A DNA stretch of 64,000 nucleotides from positions 737,092-801,091 of the forward strand of contig CBDCMV010000002.1 in assembly GCA_965219135.1 (NCBI GenBank). Reading direction: 5' to 3'. Below the pieces are notes generated by a model. It searched no databases. It was given only the letters and a program-made list of their open reading frames with translations, and had not been told where the DNA came from. Shown here piece by piece: positions 21,925 through 32,032 of the stretch. Each line of letters starts with the position of its first letter. The first letter of the stretch is position 1. The DNA is from Alphaproteobacteria bacterium (GTDB lineage: Bacteria > Pseudomonadota > Alphaproteobacteria > VGEJ01). The translations under genes and the position numbers were made by a program.

Positions 21925-22374
21925 CTAGCGGCGCCTGGAAATGCGTGTGTGCAGGGCGCGCAGGTATTTGCGGTCGGCCTCGTCGAGTTCGCCCTCGGCG
22001 ATATCCTCTTTGTAGCCCTTGAGTTCTTCCCGTGTTGCCTCCCCAAGCTGACGTCGCGCCAGCATCTTCTCGATCATCGCCAGGGGCTCTGCGTCGCGGG
22101 CATCGCGGACCTTGCCCGTAAGCGCCTCGGCGTCGATCTCGACCTCGGGCTCCGCCTCCGCCTCGTCCTCGTCAACGTCGTCGTCAACGTCGTCGTCGAC
22201 GTCCTCGAACGCCGGCTCCTCGGCATCCTCGGGCGTGAGCAACGCGTCCCAGCCCAAGCCCGATTCGCTGACCTCCTTTTGAAGCGTCCGAGCCGCTTCG
22301 AGGACATCGGCGTCGTCTTCGCTGCCCAAGCGATCGAGTAGTTCAATGATTCGCTCGCGGTTTAGTTCCGGCAT
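21925..22374 (-). CDS. Hypothetical acidic protein (Asp/Glu-rich central tract)
   Basis: 149 aa from the internal ATG (MPELNRERIIELLDRLG...DVDDDVDDDVDEDEAE...). I recognise no domain. Confidence 0.45.
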   Translation of the reverse strand: MPELNRERIIELLDRLGSEDDADVLEAARTLQKEVSESGLGWDALLTPEDAEEPAFEDVDDDVDDDVDEDEAEAEPEVEIDAEALTGKVRDARDAEPLAMIEKMLARRQLGEATREELKGYKEDIAEGELDEADRKYLRALHTRISRRR

Positions 22375-22438
22375 TGCGACCGGCCCCTTTGCCCGTAGCT
22401 CGAAACGCGGCCAACAATGCCTGCCAACGGGACCGGCG

Positions 22439-23596
22439 TCAAAAGAACACCTCGATCCGGCTGAAGAGAATATGTTCGCCGTCGCCGTACTCGCTCGCCG
22501 GGTCGCCGGCGAAGAACTGCAGCGCGAAAACCGCCTCGATCTCCTCCGCCGCTGACCAGGTGAGCGAGGGCGCCAGGGCATAGGAGTGTTTCTCGAAGTC
22601 CGCGAGTACCAATCCGTCGATCCGCCACAGCGGTGTCGCATCGATGCCGGCCGCGAATCCGGCGAAATGCCGACGTCGGGTCTCCAGCCGATCCGAAGGG
22701 ATCGCCGACGGCGCCGAGCCGTCCGCGGCGCCGTTGTAGAAATATTCGAACAGCAAATAAAGCCCGTTTGGAAACGCGCCGTTGGTCAGGGTGAAGTCGT
22801 AGCCTCCGGAGATTTGCTGGAAATCGCGGCCCGTGTCGGGCCAGCTCTGCGCCATTTCAAGCCGCGCGCCCCCGCCATAGAGGTTCGTCGTCAGGTCGAC
22901 GCCGATGAGGTCTTCATCGCCGATGCGCCCGGCCAACAACGCATAGTCGGTCTCGGCGATGGTGTCGCGCCAGCGAAGCGCCACCTTGCGGGTCACGTTG
23001 CGCTCGCCTCGGCCCGGCCCGGCCACCAGCTCCAGCGCGGCGAACGGCGGCACACGGAAGGAAACCGCGCCAGCATCGACGCCAATCTTCTCGGCCGGTT
23101 CCAGGGCCAATGGCGCGACTGGATTGAAGCGGTCGGTCGGGTTCCATATCCGCCCCGAACCCCAGGCGACGCGCTGGCGCCCCAGGCGCACCACGCCGCC
23201 GCCCCAGTCAAACGACGCGATCGCGCGGTAGAGCCGATGCCGCCACCGATGCGAGCCGCCCTCGGCGATCGCGCCCTCGAGGTCGAGGCGGGTCGGCTCG
23301 GGGATCGCCGCGAGTGCGGCAAAGTCGGGGCTTTCCACCAGCCCTCCGGCCAGGACCTCGTGGTCGTAGACGGCGAACCACGAGAGATCGCCGAATTCGA
23401 ACGCGCCGGCAGCGCCTAGCGTTCCCCGCGTGGTCAGCCGCAACCGCGCAAGGTTGGTCAGGATGACGTCGTCGCCGGAATCGCGTGTGCGGAAGGTGAG
23501 GTTGGTCGCGTTGGCGCTTACCTCGTCCAACACATCGGCCGCCGCTCCTCCGGTGGCGAGCAGCGCTCCCGCCAGGAACAGCGCGTGCGACTTCAC
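22439..23596 (-). CDS. Putative outer-membrane beta-barrel protein (signal peptide, C-terminal aromatic residue)
   Basis: GTG start overlapping the upstream ATPase stop (GTGA). Leader KSHALFLAGALLATGGAAA. Alternating beta-strand pattern and terminal ...FSRIEVFF*. Last gene of the LolA-like/FtsX operon. Confidence 0.55.
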   Translation of the reverse strand: MKSHALFLAGALLATGGAAADVLDEVSANATNLTFRTRDSGDDVILTNLARLRLTTRGTLGAAGAFEFGDLSWFAVYDHEVLAGGLVESPDFAALAAIPEPTRLDLEGAIAEGGSHRWRHRLYRAIASFDWGGGVVRLGRQRVAWGSGRIWNPTDRFNPVAPLALEPAEKIGVDAGAVSFRVPPFAALELVAGPGRGERNVTRKVALRWRDTIAETDYALLAGRIGDEDLIGVDLTTNLYGGGARLEMAQSWPDTGRDFQQISGGYDFTLTNGAFPNGLYLLFEYFYNGAADGSAPSAIPSDRLETRRRHFAGFAAGIDATPLWRIDGLVLADFEKHSYALAPSLTWSAAEEIEAVFALQFFAGDPASEYGDGEHILFSRIEVFF

Positions 23597-24279
23597 GCGT
23601 GGGATTTGCCGTTCACGACCTTGCCGTCGTCCATGCGGATCAGCGGGCGCGCCCGCGCAATCACCATCGGATCGTGCGAGGCGAGCACGAACGTCGTGCC
23701 CCGGTCGCGGCACAGGTCGGCCATCAGGTCGATCAGCTGCTCGCCGGTCGCCGAATCGAGGTTTGCCGTCGGCTCGTCGGCAAGCACCAGGTCGGGTTCG
23801 GTGGCCAGGGCGCGTGCCACCGCCACTCGTTGTTGTTGGCCGCCCGAGAGCTGGTCGGGGCGACGTTCCCCCAGGCCGGATAGTCCGACGGCCGCCAACA
23901 GCGCGTCGGCGCGGGCGCCGCGCTCACTCCCGCTCATCCCCTGAAGCTCCAATACGTAGGCGACGTTCTCGCGCGCCGAGAGCACGCGGATCAGGTTGTA
24001 GGCCTGGAAGACGAAGCCGACGTGGCGCAGTCTGAAGCCCGCCCGCTGGTCCTTGCCGAGCTTCAGATAGTTCTCGCCGCCGATGCGCACCACCCCGGCA
24101 TCGGGCACATCGAGCGCACCCAGCATGTTGAGAAGCGTCGTTTTCCCCGAGCCCGAGCGGCCGGCAAGGACGGCGAACTCGCCGGCCTCCAGTGAAAGAT
24201 CGACGCCGTCCAGCGCCCGCACCTCGACCTCGCCGCTGCGGTATACCTTGTGAAGGGCCTCGGCCTCGATCAATGCCAT
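23593..24279 (-). CDS. ABC transporter ATP-binding protein (LolD/MacB/FtsE-like)
   Basis: 228 aa from the internal ATG. Walker A GRSGSGKTT, signature LSGGQQQRVAVARAL, Walker B LVLADEPT. Confidence 0.85.
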   Translation of the reverse strand: MALIEAEALHKVYRSGEVEVRALDGVDLSLEAGEFAVLAGRSGSGKTTLLNMLGALDVPDAGVVRIGGENYLKLGKDQRAGFRLRHVGFVFQAYNLIRVLSARENVAYVLELQGMSGSERGARADALLAAVGLSGLGERRPDQLSGGQQQRVAVARALATEPDLVLADEPTANLDSATGEQLIDLMADLCRDRGTTFVLASHDPMVIARARPLIRMDDGKVVNGKSHA

Positions 24280-24296
24280 TGCTCGACGGTCCTCCC

Positions 24297-25547
24297 TCAG
24301 ATCTGGCGCATCGCCTCGACGGGATTGAGCCGTGCCGCCCGCAGCGCCGGGTAAATGCCCGCCAGCACGGCGGTGATCGCCATGGTCACGAGTATCATGA
24401 TGATCGAATCGGCCGCCAGGACCGGCCGCATGACCGAGTCCATGTAAAAGAGCGAGGTGGCCTCGGCGAAGTTCGACAGGTCGATCCCTACCCGGCCCCA
24501 GTACAACGTCGCAGCGACGCCAAGAAGGCAGCCCGCACTGCCGCCGATGGCGACCAGGACGATTCCCTCCCACAGCACCATGGCGAACAGCTGGATGCGC
24601 CGCGTTCCCAACGCGTCCATCAGCCCGAATTCCCGTACCCGTTCGTAGAACGACATCAGCATCGTGTTGATGATCTGGGCCAGGACCACCGATATGACGA
24701 CCCCCAGCACGATCACGGTGCTGGCTCCCGAGAGCTCTAGGGTCTGCTGGACGAAGGGGTCGAGATCGTACCAGCGCATCACCTCATAAGACTCTGGGTC
24801 GAGGCGCGCGGAAAGGCCGGCGGCGATGGCCTCGGTCCGCTCGTGGTCGTGGGCGCGGATCACGACGTCGGTGAGGCCGGCGCCGATGCCGAGCCACGAT
24901 TGCGCGCTCCCCAGCGGGATGATTGCCGTGAACTGATCGATCTCGGGGACGCCGGCGCGCAACGTACCGCGCATCAGAAAAGCCTCGGACGCGATATCGC
25001 CCTCCGGCGACTGCGTCATCAGCACCACCTTCTCGCCCAGCCGCACCCCAAGATTCTCGGCCAGCGTGCCGCCCAAAAGCAGGCCGCGCGAATCGTCGGG
25101 CTCGAGCCACGCACCCTCGGCGACGAACTGCGCCAGCCGCGTTACCGCCGGCTCGGCCTTCACGTCAACGCCCATGATGATCGCTGCGGTCGAGGCGCTG
25201 GCGACGCTGGCGAGCCCGGGCATGCGGACCCGCCGCGTCCAGGCGCGTACGTCGCCATTCTCGGCCACCGCCGTGGTTACCGGGCCGGGCTCAGGGATAC
25301 GGTCCTGGATCTGCAGGCTCTCCTCGAAGCCCGCGCCGTGCACCTGGACGTGCGCGGTCGAGGTCAACACGAAGTTCTCGCGCATGCTGGTCAGCCAGCC
25401 CTCCTGGATGCCCATGAGGAAGGTCAACGCCCCGATACCGACGACCAGCGAGCCCAGCGTGAGCCCGGTGCGCCAGCGGTGGCGGGCCAGGTTGCGCAGG
25501 CCGATCGCGAGGTAGGTTCTGGGTGAGAGCCCGGCCCGGTCAGACAT
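24297..25547 (-). CDS. ABC transporter permease, FtsX/MacB/LolC-E-like (4 TM, large periplasmic loop)
   Basis: About 416 aa from the internal ATG (MSDRAGLSPRTYLAIGLRNLARHRWRT...). C-terminal FtsX domain. Confidence 0.8.
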   Translation of the reverse strand: MSDRAGLSPRTYLAIGLRNLARHRWRTGLTLGSLVVGIGALTFLMGIQEGWLTSMRENFVLTSTAHVQVHGAGFEESLQIQDRIPEPGPVTTAVAENGDVRAWTRRVRMPGLASVASASTAAIIMGVDVKAEPAVTRLAQFVAEGAWLEPDDSRGLLLGGTLAENLGVRLGEKVVLMTQSPEGDIASEAFLMRGTLRAGVPEIDQFTAIIPLGSAQSWLGIGAGLTDVVIRAHDHERTEAIAAGLSARLDPESYEVMRWYDLDPFVQQTLELSGASTVIVLGVVISVVLAQIINTMLMSFYERVREFGLMDALGTRRIQLFAMVLWEGIVLVAIGGSAGCLLGVAATLYWGRVGIDLSNFAEATSLFYMDSVMRPVLAADSIIMILVTMAITAVLAGIYPALRAARLNPVEAMRQI

Positions 25548-26763
25548 GGGCGATCGCCTCGACCGGCTCCAGCCGCATGGCGCGGAAGGCGGGATAGAGC
25601 GAGCTGACCACGCTCGCGCCAAACAGGCTCAGGACGGTGACCAGCAGGTGGTCGGTATCGATCTCGGTGCGAATCACCGGATCGAAGTAGAACCGCTGGA
25701 AGCTCTCGGCCATGTCGGAAAGGTCAATCCCCACCCATCCGAAATAGCTCACGCCGCCTAAGCCGATCAGCGTACCCGCCGCGGTGCCCATCAGCCCCAC
25801 GATCAACGATTCCGTGACCACCATCGCGCCGATCTCGATACGACGGGTCCCGAGCGCCATCAGAATCCCGAACTCGCGGGTACGCTGGATCATCGAAACC
25901 AGGACCGTATTGACCACGCCGGCGACGACGATCACCAGGACGATGCCGAGGAAGAAGTAATTAAAGCCGTTGTCGAGCGCGATCCCCTCTTCGAACCAGG
26001 GAAACATGTCCGACCAGCGCAGAACTTCGAGCGTACCATCGCCGAGGTCGGCGCGCAGGCGGGCGGTCACGGCATCGAGTTCGCGCGGCTCGATCCGGGC
26101 GACGACTTCGGTTACCCGGTTTTCCATACTCAGGATCGTCTGCACCGTCTGAAGCGGCACGATCGCGATCCCCCGCTCGGCGTCCTCTCCCGCGTCGCCC
26201 AGGATTCCGATCAACGTCAAGCGATCAGCGGCAAGCCCGCCAAACCGGTCCTGGCCCACGACGACGAAGGTTTCGCCCAGCTCGACTTCGAGGCGGCGGG
26301 CGGCGCCGGCGCCCAGCAGTCCCACCAGGCCATCGCCGGCGGCGATGAAGCGACCCTCTTCCACGCGCCCGGCCAAGCCGGTGACGTCGCGCTCGCGATC
26401 GGGCTCCATGCCGACCAAAAGCACGCCCGAGGAGGTCTCCTCGCCGGCCGCCAGGACGAAGCTCGATAGCCTTCGCGACCAGCGCTCGACGCCGGCGCCT
26501 TGCAGCGCGGCCAGGATCGGCGCCGTGTCCTCGATATGGGATTCGAGCCGAGGACGGCGGAAGTATCCGTCCCGGTGCACCTGCAGGCTGCCGACGAAGG
26601 CATCCTGGAAGTTGCGGGTCATGCCGTTGTGGCCGCCATCGTTGAAGCCCCACAGAAAGAGAAGCGCGGTCAGGCCGATGGCGAACGCGGCTGACGTAAT
26701 GATGCTGCGGCGCCAGTTGCGGGCGACGTTGCGCCAGGCGATGGCAAGCACCAGTCCGCTCAC
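25540..26763 (-). CDS. ABC transporter permease, FtsX/MacB/LolC-E-like (second copy)
   Basis: GTG start overlapping the LolA-like stop (GTGA). VSGLVLAIAWRNVARNWRRS... with a C-terminal FtsX domain. The 8-nt overlap ATGTCTGA couples it to the next permease. Confidence 0.8.
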   Translation of the reverse strand: MSGLVLAIAWRNVARNWRRSIITSAAFAIGLTALLFLWGFNDGGHNGMTRNFQDAFVGSLQVHRDGYFRRPRLESHIEDTAPILAALQGAGVERWSRRLSSFVLAAGEETSSGVLLVGMEPDRERDVTGLAGRVEEGRFIAAGDGLVGLLGAGAARRLEVELGETFVVVGQDRFGGLAADRLTLIGILGDAGEDAERGIAIVPLQTVQTILSMENRVTEVVARIEPRELDAVTARLRADLGDGTLEVLRWSDMFPWFEEGIALDNGFNYFFLGIVLVIVVAGVVNTVLVSMIQRTREFGILMALGTRRIEIGAMVVTESLIVGLMGTAAGTLIGLGGVSYFGWVGIDLSDMAESFQRFYFDPVIRTEIDTDHLLVTVLSLFGASVVSSLYPAFRAMRLEPVEAIAHV

Positions 26764-27548
26764 CGCTCGCCCCGCGACAGGTTGGCGCGCTGGAAGGTCC
26801 GCTCGGCGATGGGGACGTCGAACTCTGCCTCTTCGATAACCAACACCGTCCGGGTCTCGGGCGCGTCCAGGGGTACGATCGTCCACTGGGTCGGCGTGCG
26901 GCGCCCGCCCAATGTCCCCACCTTCTCGAAGACCAGCCGGCGGACCGCGCTGCCGCGTTCGTCGAAGAACACCTGGTCGAGCGGCATCCCGTCGGGTCGC
27001 AGGCGCAGGACCAGCTTGCCCCACACCACCGGCGCTTCGGGCTTGGGCAGCGATTCGACGGTGATGATGCTTGCCTCGCCCTCGCCCTCGCGGTCGATGA
27101 TGCGGTGGGTGTAGTCCTCGACGGTCGAGGATTGCTTGACCAGATCGTCGTTGGTGAAATCCGAGCCCATCCACGAGTTCAACATCATCGAGGGCGGCAG
27201 TTTGATGTCGCGCTCCAGCTTGGGCAGGTACATCCACATGTTTCCGCCGACCTTGAGAAAGGTCGTGTCCTTGTCCTTCTTGGGCGCCAGGAGCCGGATG
27301 AAGAAGCGATCGCTGGTGCGGTCGTCCCAGTATTTCATGCGTATAACCCGGCTCCAGCTCGGGCGGATCACCTCGACACGGTAGACGCCGACGCTCGAAT
27401 TGGAGCGCAGCACTTCCTCGAGCATGCGCACCAAGGCCTCGGCTTCCGGATCCGCCGCCGCCTCCGCGCCAGCCAAGACAATCGCAAAAAGGCCCAGGAC
27501 GGCGGCAGTTCCCAGCCGCGCCATACGTGCTCTCGACACCGTGGTCAT
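26760..27548 (-). CDS. Outer-membrane lipoprotein-sorting (LolA-like) periplasmic protein
   Basis: 262 aa from the internal ATG. Signal peptide MTTVSRARMARLGTAAVLGLFAIVLAGAEAAA. LolA-like beta-barrel family sequence (…WDDRTSDRFFIRLLAPKKDKDTTFLKVGGNMWMYLPKL…). Confidence 0.7.
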   Translation of the reverse strand: MTTVSRARMARLGTAAVLGLFAIVLAGAEAAADPEAEALVRMLEEVLRSNSSVGVYRVEVIRPSWSRVIRMKYWDDRTSDRFFIRLLAPKKDKDTTFLKVGGNMWMYLPKLERDIKLPPSMMLNSWMGSDFTNDDLVKQSSTVEDYTHRIIDREGEGEASIITVESLPKPEAPVVWGKLVLRLRPDGMPLDQVFFDERGSAVRRLVFEKVGTLGGRRTPTQWTIVPLDAPETRTVLVIEEAEFDVPIAERTFQRANLSRGER

Positions 27549-28150
27549 GAACGTTGCCTCGCGTTCTCGAGTACCGCGGCGAAGGCGTCCGCGGCCACCG
27601 GCCATGCCTTGCGAAAGCGCGCGTTGTCGCACACTAGCAAGGCGTGAAGGCTCATGCCGTCCAACAAGGCGGCCACCGAGGTTGCCAGGGCATCGAGGTG
27701 GGCACGGGGAAGCGCATCGCCACCGTGCGCCGCCAGGCCCGCGCGAACCTCGTCCAGCGCGTGCAAGTACGTTCTGGCCGCCGCTTCTCGGTACCCCTCG
27801 TTGAAGAATGCTTCGGCGAGATACGCGTTCAGCGCCTTCATCAGCTCGGCGTTCTCCTCCATGAGCCTCAAGCTCGCCCGGCCCAGCGCACGCAGGTAGC
27901 CGCGCGCGTCTTTGTACGCCTTGGGATCTACGCTCTCGGTCAGATCGGTGGCCAAGAGTTCCGTGGCGGCGAGCGGAATCGCGTCCAGGGTGGCGAAGTG
28001 GTGAAACAGCGTTCCCTTGCTCACCCCGGCGAGTTCGGCAACGGCGCGCGCGGTAAGGCCGCGGCGGCCGCGTTCCCCCAGAATCTGTAGGCTGGCCTCG
28101 AGGATACGCCGGCGCGTCGTCGCTCCCCGATCGCGTGAGCGCCCGCCACG
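27545..28150 (-). pseudogene. TetR-family transcriptional regulator with an apparent N-terminal frameshift (HTH region and start codon in different frames)
   Basis: Track ORF begins inside the HTH (MSKGTLFHHF). Upstream in the same frame reads ...RDRGATTRRRILEASLQILGERGRGRLTARAVAELAGV with no start codon before an in-frame stop. An ATG (MTAAVTPRRR...) is present only in the +1 frame (28021..28218). Stop overlaps the LolA-like start. Confidence 0.55.
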
Positions 28151-28274
28151 GGCCCGCGTCGGGCGCGGCGTGGCGGAGAGATTCGACTCCGCCGTCTCGG
28201 CGTCACGGCAGCCGTCATGGTTCCTATATAAGATTGACCGACCGGTCGGTCAATGGAGGGCCCGCGGCCACGCC

Positions 28275-30039
28275 TTACTCCGTGGCGCCGGCCTTGCGCA
28301 GACCTTCGAGGTAAAGCGACAGATCATCGCGATCGCTGATCAGATGGGTTTCCCGCACGAAGCCCAGGCTGAAATCGGGGCGCAGGCGGTGCAGCTCGTC
28401 GAGTGCCTCGCGGGCCGAGTCGAGCCGCCCCAAGTGGCCGAGCGCCGAGATCGTCACGGCATGTCGCGACCACTGAAAACCCGATTGGCGAAGCGCTTTC
28501 TGCGCCCACATCAGCGAATCCTCGTAACGCCCCATTAACAGGCTGGCATCGGCAAGCCGCACCAGGAACGAGCCCATGGCAGGATCGTGCGGGCTGAGAC
28601 GGATCGCCATCTCGAGGTGCGCAAGCGATTCCTCGGCCCGTCCCGAAAAGACCAGCGCGGCGCCCAGCCCGTAGTGCGCCAGCGCCAGGCTAGGGTTGAG
28701 CGAGCTGGCGGTTTCGAGCTCGGGTATGGCGCGGTCGTGCTCGCGCCTCAGGTAATGGACCCGACCCAGCGTGCAATGCGCCGCGGCGTCTTCGCCGTCG
28801 AGCTCGACCGCGCGCCGTGCCGAGACAAGCGCGCGTTCCCAGCACTCGGCCTGGGACTCTGCGTGGCCGTACAACCGCGTAGTAGTTGGCTTCCGCCAAG
28901 CCGGCGTGGGCGAGGCCGAGGTTGAGGTCGATGTCCGCAGCCTGCTGAAACAGCCGGCGCGCCTGCGAGATGTCGTCTTTGGTGTATCGATACAGGTGCC
29001 ACAGGCCGCGCTGGTAAGCCTCCCAAGCGCCCATGTCGTCGGTCCTCTGCGCTCGCGCGCGCCGCCGTTCGGCCTTGCCCATTTCCGGGTCGATCTCGCC
29101 GACGATGGCCTCGGTGATCTCGTCCTGTACCGCGAACACGTCCTCCAACTCGCGGTCGTAGCGCTTGGCCCACACATGATTCCCGGTCCCGCCCTCGACG
29201 AGCTGGGAGGCGATGCGGACACGCTTTTCGGCCTTGCGGACGCTGCCCTCGAGCACATAGCGCAGGCCCAGATCGCGTGCCACCTCTCGCACGTCCGCGC
29301 TCCGGCCCTTGTAGGCGAACGACGAGTTCCGGGCGATCACGAAGAACCAGTGCACCCTGGAAAGCGCGGTGATGATCTCTTCGGTAATCCCGTCCGCGAA
29401 GTATTCCTGTTCGGCGTCGCCGCTCATGTTGTCGAACGGCAGCACCGCGATGGAAGGTTTCTCGGGAAGCGGCGGCGGCTCGACAGGGGCCTGGTGCGCG
29501 GCCTGCGCATCGGGCGCCCAGCGCCAGATTCGAATGGGCCGCGCGACGTTCTTGACCTGTTGTGCCCCGCCGTCCGCGAAGCGAACGCTTGTCTTGCCTT
29601 CGAGTTGGTCATGCACGGTCGCTGAGATCGCGATCCCACCCGGTTCGGCGCATTCCTGGACGCGGGCCGCGAGGTTGACGCCATCCCCGTACACATCGTC
29701 GTCGTCGTCGACGATCACGTCTCCGAGGTTGACCCCGATGCGGAAGACAATCCGCCGGTCCTCCGCCACGTCGGCGTTTCGCGCGTGCATCGCCTCCTGC
29801 GCCTCGACGGCGCAGCGCACCGCGTCGACCACGCTCGCGAACTCGGCCAGCACGCCATCGCCGGTGGTCTTGAAGACCCGGCCGTGGTGATCGGCGACCT
29901 TGGGGTCGATGACCTCGGTGCGGTGGGATTTGAGGGCGGCCAAGGTCGCTTCCTCGTCGGCCGCCATGAGGCGGGTATAACCGGCCACGTCGGCGCTGAG
30001 GATCGCCGCGAGCCGGCGCTGTGTCGCGCCTGGGGCCAC
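28275..30039 (-). pseudogene. Class III adenylate/guanylate cyclase with C-terminal TPR domain, frameshifted at about 28865-28885
   Basis: 449-aa ORF: CHD cyclase domain (LAAILSADVAGYTRLM...FKTTGDGVLAEF...GVNLAARVQ) plus a TPR start (...GLAHAGLAEANYYAVV). The TPR continuation and conserved C-terminus (...ECWERALVSARRAVELD...YLEGLRKAGATE*) are in the overlapping 28275..29258 ORF. Confidence 0.7.
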
Positions 30040-30228
30040 CGAGGACTAGGAGCGTGCGCCGTAGAAGTTTTGATGTTGGGCGATTGGCGCGCGGCCGCCG
30101 GAGAGGTTGGATTTTGGCCCGAGTGTGGACATCTGGCCCGCCCGACTCTGGGATGGAAAGCCCGGACCGGAAGGCCGGAACGGAAGAGATTCGCGTTTCA
30201 TACGCGGTCGATGGGCACTGCGCGCCCC

Positions 30229-31697
30229 GGAGCAAGTGCGTTGGCAGGCCAGCACCTGCCTCAGCACGTGGCCACCGTCCCCATCCGCTTGATGTTCAAC
30301 GCCAAGCACACGAGGTCCCACTCGCCGCGCACCTTCGCCAAGCCTCGCAGGCTGAATCGTCGGAATCCGAGCACCTCCTTGATCCACCCGTTCGGCGCCT
30401 CCGAGAGCCACTTGCGTTGCGCGTACCGGGCTTTGCCCGCGGGGCTCGCCAGTTTCTCACCCATGCGGTGCGTGGCAGGGAGCCGGGCCGGGTCGACCGC
30501 CACCTGGGACTTGCCTTCACGCCCCAGCGCTACGTGCGCGTCGATGCCGCGATCTTCCAGCTCCAACAGATCCGGCTCGTTGCAGTAGCCCGCATCGGCC
30601 AGTACCACCGCAGGCTCGACCCCAAACGTCTCGTTGATCTCGTCGAGCATCCCCACCAGCTGACCCTGGTCGCTGGCCTGTGGCCCCACCTGAGTCGCGA
30701 CGATGATCTGGTGCTCCCCATCGACCGCCATCTGCGCGTTGGAGCACTGCTGGAATCCCTCGCTGCTGGTCTTCATGATCTGGCTCTCGGGATCGGTGAA
30801 ATTGCTCTGCGCCTTCGGCTCGGGCTCGCCGTAGGCCCGCTTGTAGGGCCGCCCGCCCCGGGGATTGCGGTCCTGCCCAGGCTCGCGCCCGCGCTCATCG
30901 TCGCGCCCGCGTTGCGCCGCCTCCAAACGCGCTTTGGCTGCCTGGATCGCCGCCAGGCGCTTCTCCCTGCGTTGCAACTCCTCGGGCAACTCGTCGCCCC
31001 GGAAATCCTCGCCCCAACGCTCGTCTTCTTCGGCGTCCACCATCCCCGCCTTCGTCAGCAGCGCCTCGATCTCCGCCTGCAAGCGAGCCGCCTCTTTGCC
31101 CATCCGCTCATAGCTCATCGCCTTGCGCTTGCTCGCGTTCGCTCGCACCTTCGTCCCGTCGACCGAGAGCTTGCCGAACCGCGCCAGTCCCATCTCGCGC
31201 GCCACCTGCACCACCCCCACAAACAGCTCGCTGAACTCCGCCAGATGTCGGCGTCGGAACTCACATACCGTGCGATGTTGCGGGAAGTTGCCCGCCGCGA
31301 GCATCCGAAACGCTACTTCCTCCTCCAGCTTCCTCGCCACCGCGCGCGAGGAGAATGTGCCCGTCGCGTAGGCATAGATCAGCACCTTGACCATCATCGA
31401 CGGCTCGTAGGGGGCGTTGCGTCGACCGTCCCCCTCGTTGGGCGCATAGAACGCCGTCAAGTCCAGTGCATCGACCACATCGCTGACGTGATGAGCCAGG
31501 TGCCCTGGGGGAACCCACTCCTGCAAGTCCAGCGGCAAAAGCAAGGGTTGGTCCGGCTGGTAGGCACGAAACGTGGTCGGCATCTGGAGTTCCCATACGC
31601 AACTGGCGTATCGGATCATACTTCCCCCTGCGCAAATCCACCCACAACCCGTCCGCTATCAACTTTGCCGCGCGGACCTTTCTGCAGCGCACGCTCC
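30229..31697 (-). mobile_element. IS1182-family insertion sequence (about 1.47 kb); ends approximate (imperfect inverted repeats GGAGCaaGTGCGtTGgCAG / CTGCAGCGCACGCTCC)
   Basis: Single 440-aa transposase with 30-115 bp non-coding ends. Degenerate inverted repeats at 30229-30248 and 31682-31697. No clear target duplication. Confidence 0.45.
30261..31583 (-). CDS. IS1182-family transposase
   Basis: MPTTFRAYQPDQPLLLPLDLQEWVPPGHLAHHVSDVVDALDL... is the characteristic IS1182/IS5-superfamily N-terminus. DDE region ...VLADAGYCNEPDLLELEDRGIDAHVAL... Confidence 0.85.
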   Translation of the reverse strand: MPTTFRAYQPDQPLLLPLDLQEWVPPGHLAHHVSDVVDALDLTAFYAPNEGDGRRNAPYEPSMMVKVLIYAYATGTFSSRAVARKLEEEVAFRMLAAGNFPQHRTVCEFRRRHLAEFSELFVGVVQVAREMGLARFGKLSVDGTKVRANASKRKAMSYERMGKEAARLQAEIEALLTKAGMVDAEEDERWGEDFRGDELPEELQRREKRLAAIQAAKARLEAAQRGRDDERGREPGQDRNPRGGRPYKRAYGEPEPKAQSNFTDPESQIMKTSSEGFQQCSNAQMAVDGEHQIIVATQVGPQASDQGQLVGMLDEINETFGVEPAVVLADAGYCNEPDLLELEDRGIDAHVALGREGKSQVAVDPARLPATHRMGEKLASPAGKARYAQRKWLSEAPNGWIKEVLGFRRFSLRGLAKVRGEWDLVCLALNIKRMGTVATC

Positions 31698-31716
31698 TAG
31701 AAGCCGAATCGGCCGC

Positions 31717-31923
31717 TCATTGTCCCTCGAGCCAGAACGTGACCTCGATGGTGGCGTGGTACTCGGCGATCTTGCCCTCGACCACGGTCGCCTTCTGGCT
31801 GACGACTTCCAGTCCGGTGATTCCGCGTAGCGTCGCCGAGGCGCGCTCCAGCCCGAGATCGACTGCCTCTTGGAAGCTGTTCGACGATGACGCGGTTATT
31901 TTGGTGACCCGTCCGACGGCCAT
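31717..31923 (-). CDS. Dodecin-family flavin-binding protein
   Basis: 68 aa with a dodecin fold signature (...FQEAVDLGLERASATLRGITGLEVV...GKIAEYHATIEVTFWLE). Confidence 0.7.
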   Translation of the reverse strand: MAVGRVTKITASSSNSFQEAVDLGLERASATLRGITGLEVVSQKATVVEGKIAEYHATIEVTFWLEGQ

Positions 31924-32032
31924 GGTGTCCTCCCTTGTGGGCTATGGCGGACATGCTAGCCCATGACCCAGTCCGCGCCCACCGTCGGACGCTTGCGAGC
32001 GGCCCGCGGACCGGCCTATATAGAGACCGACG

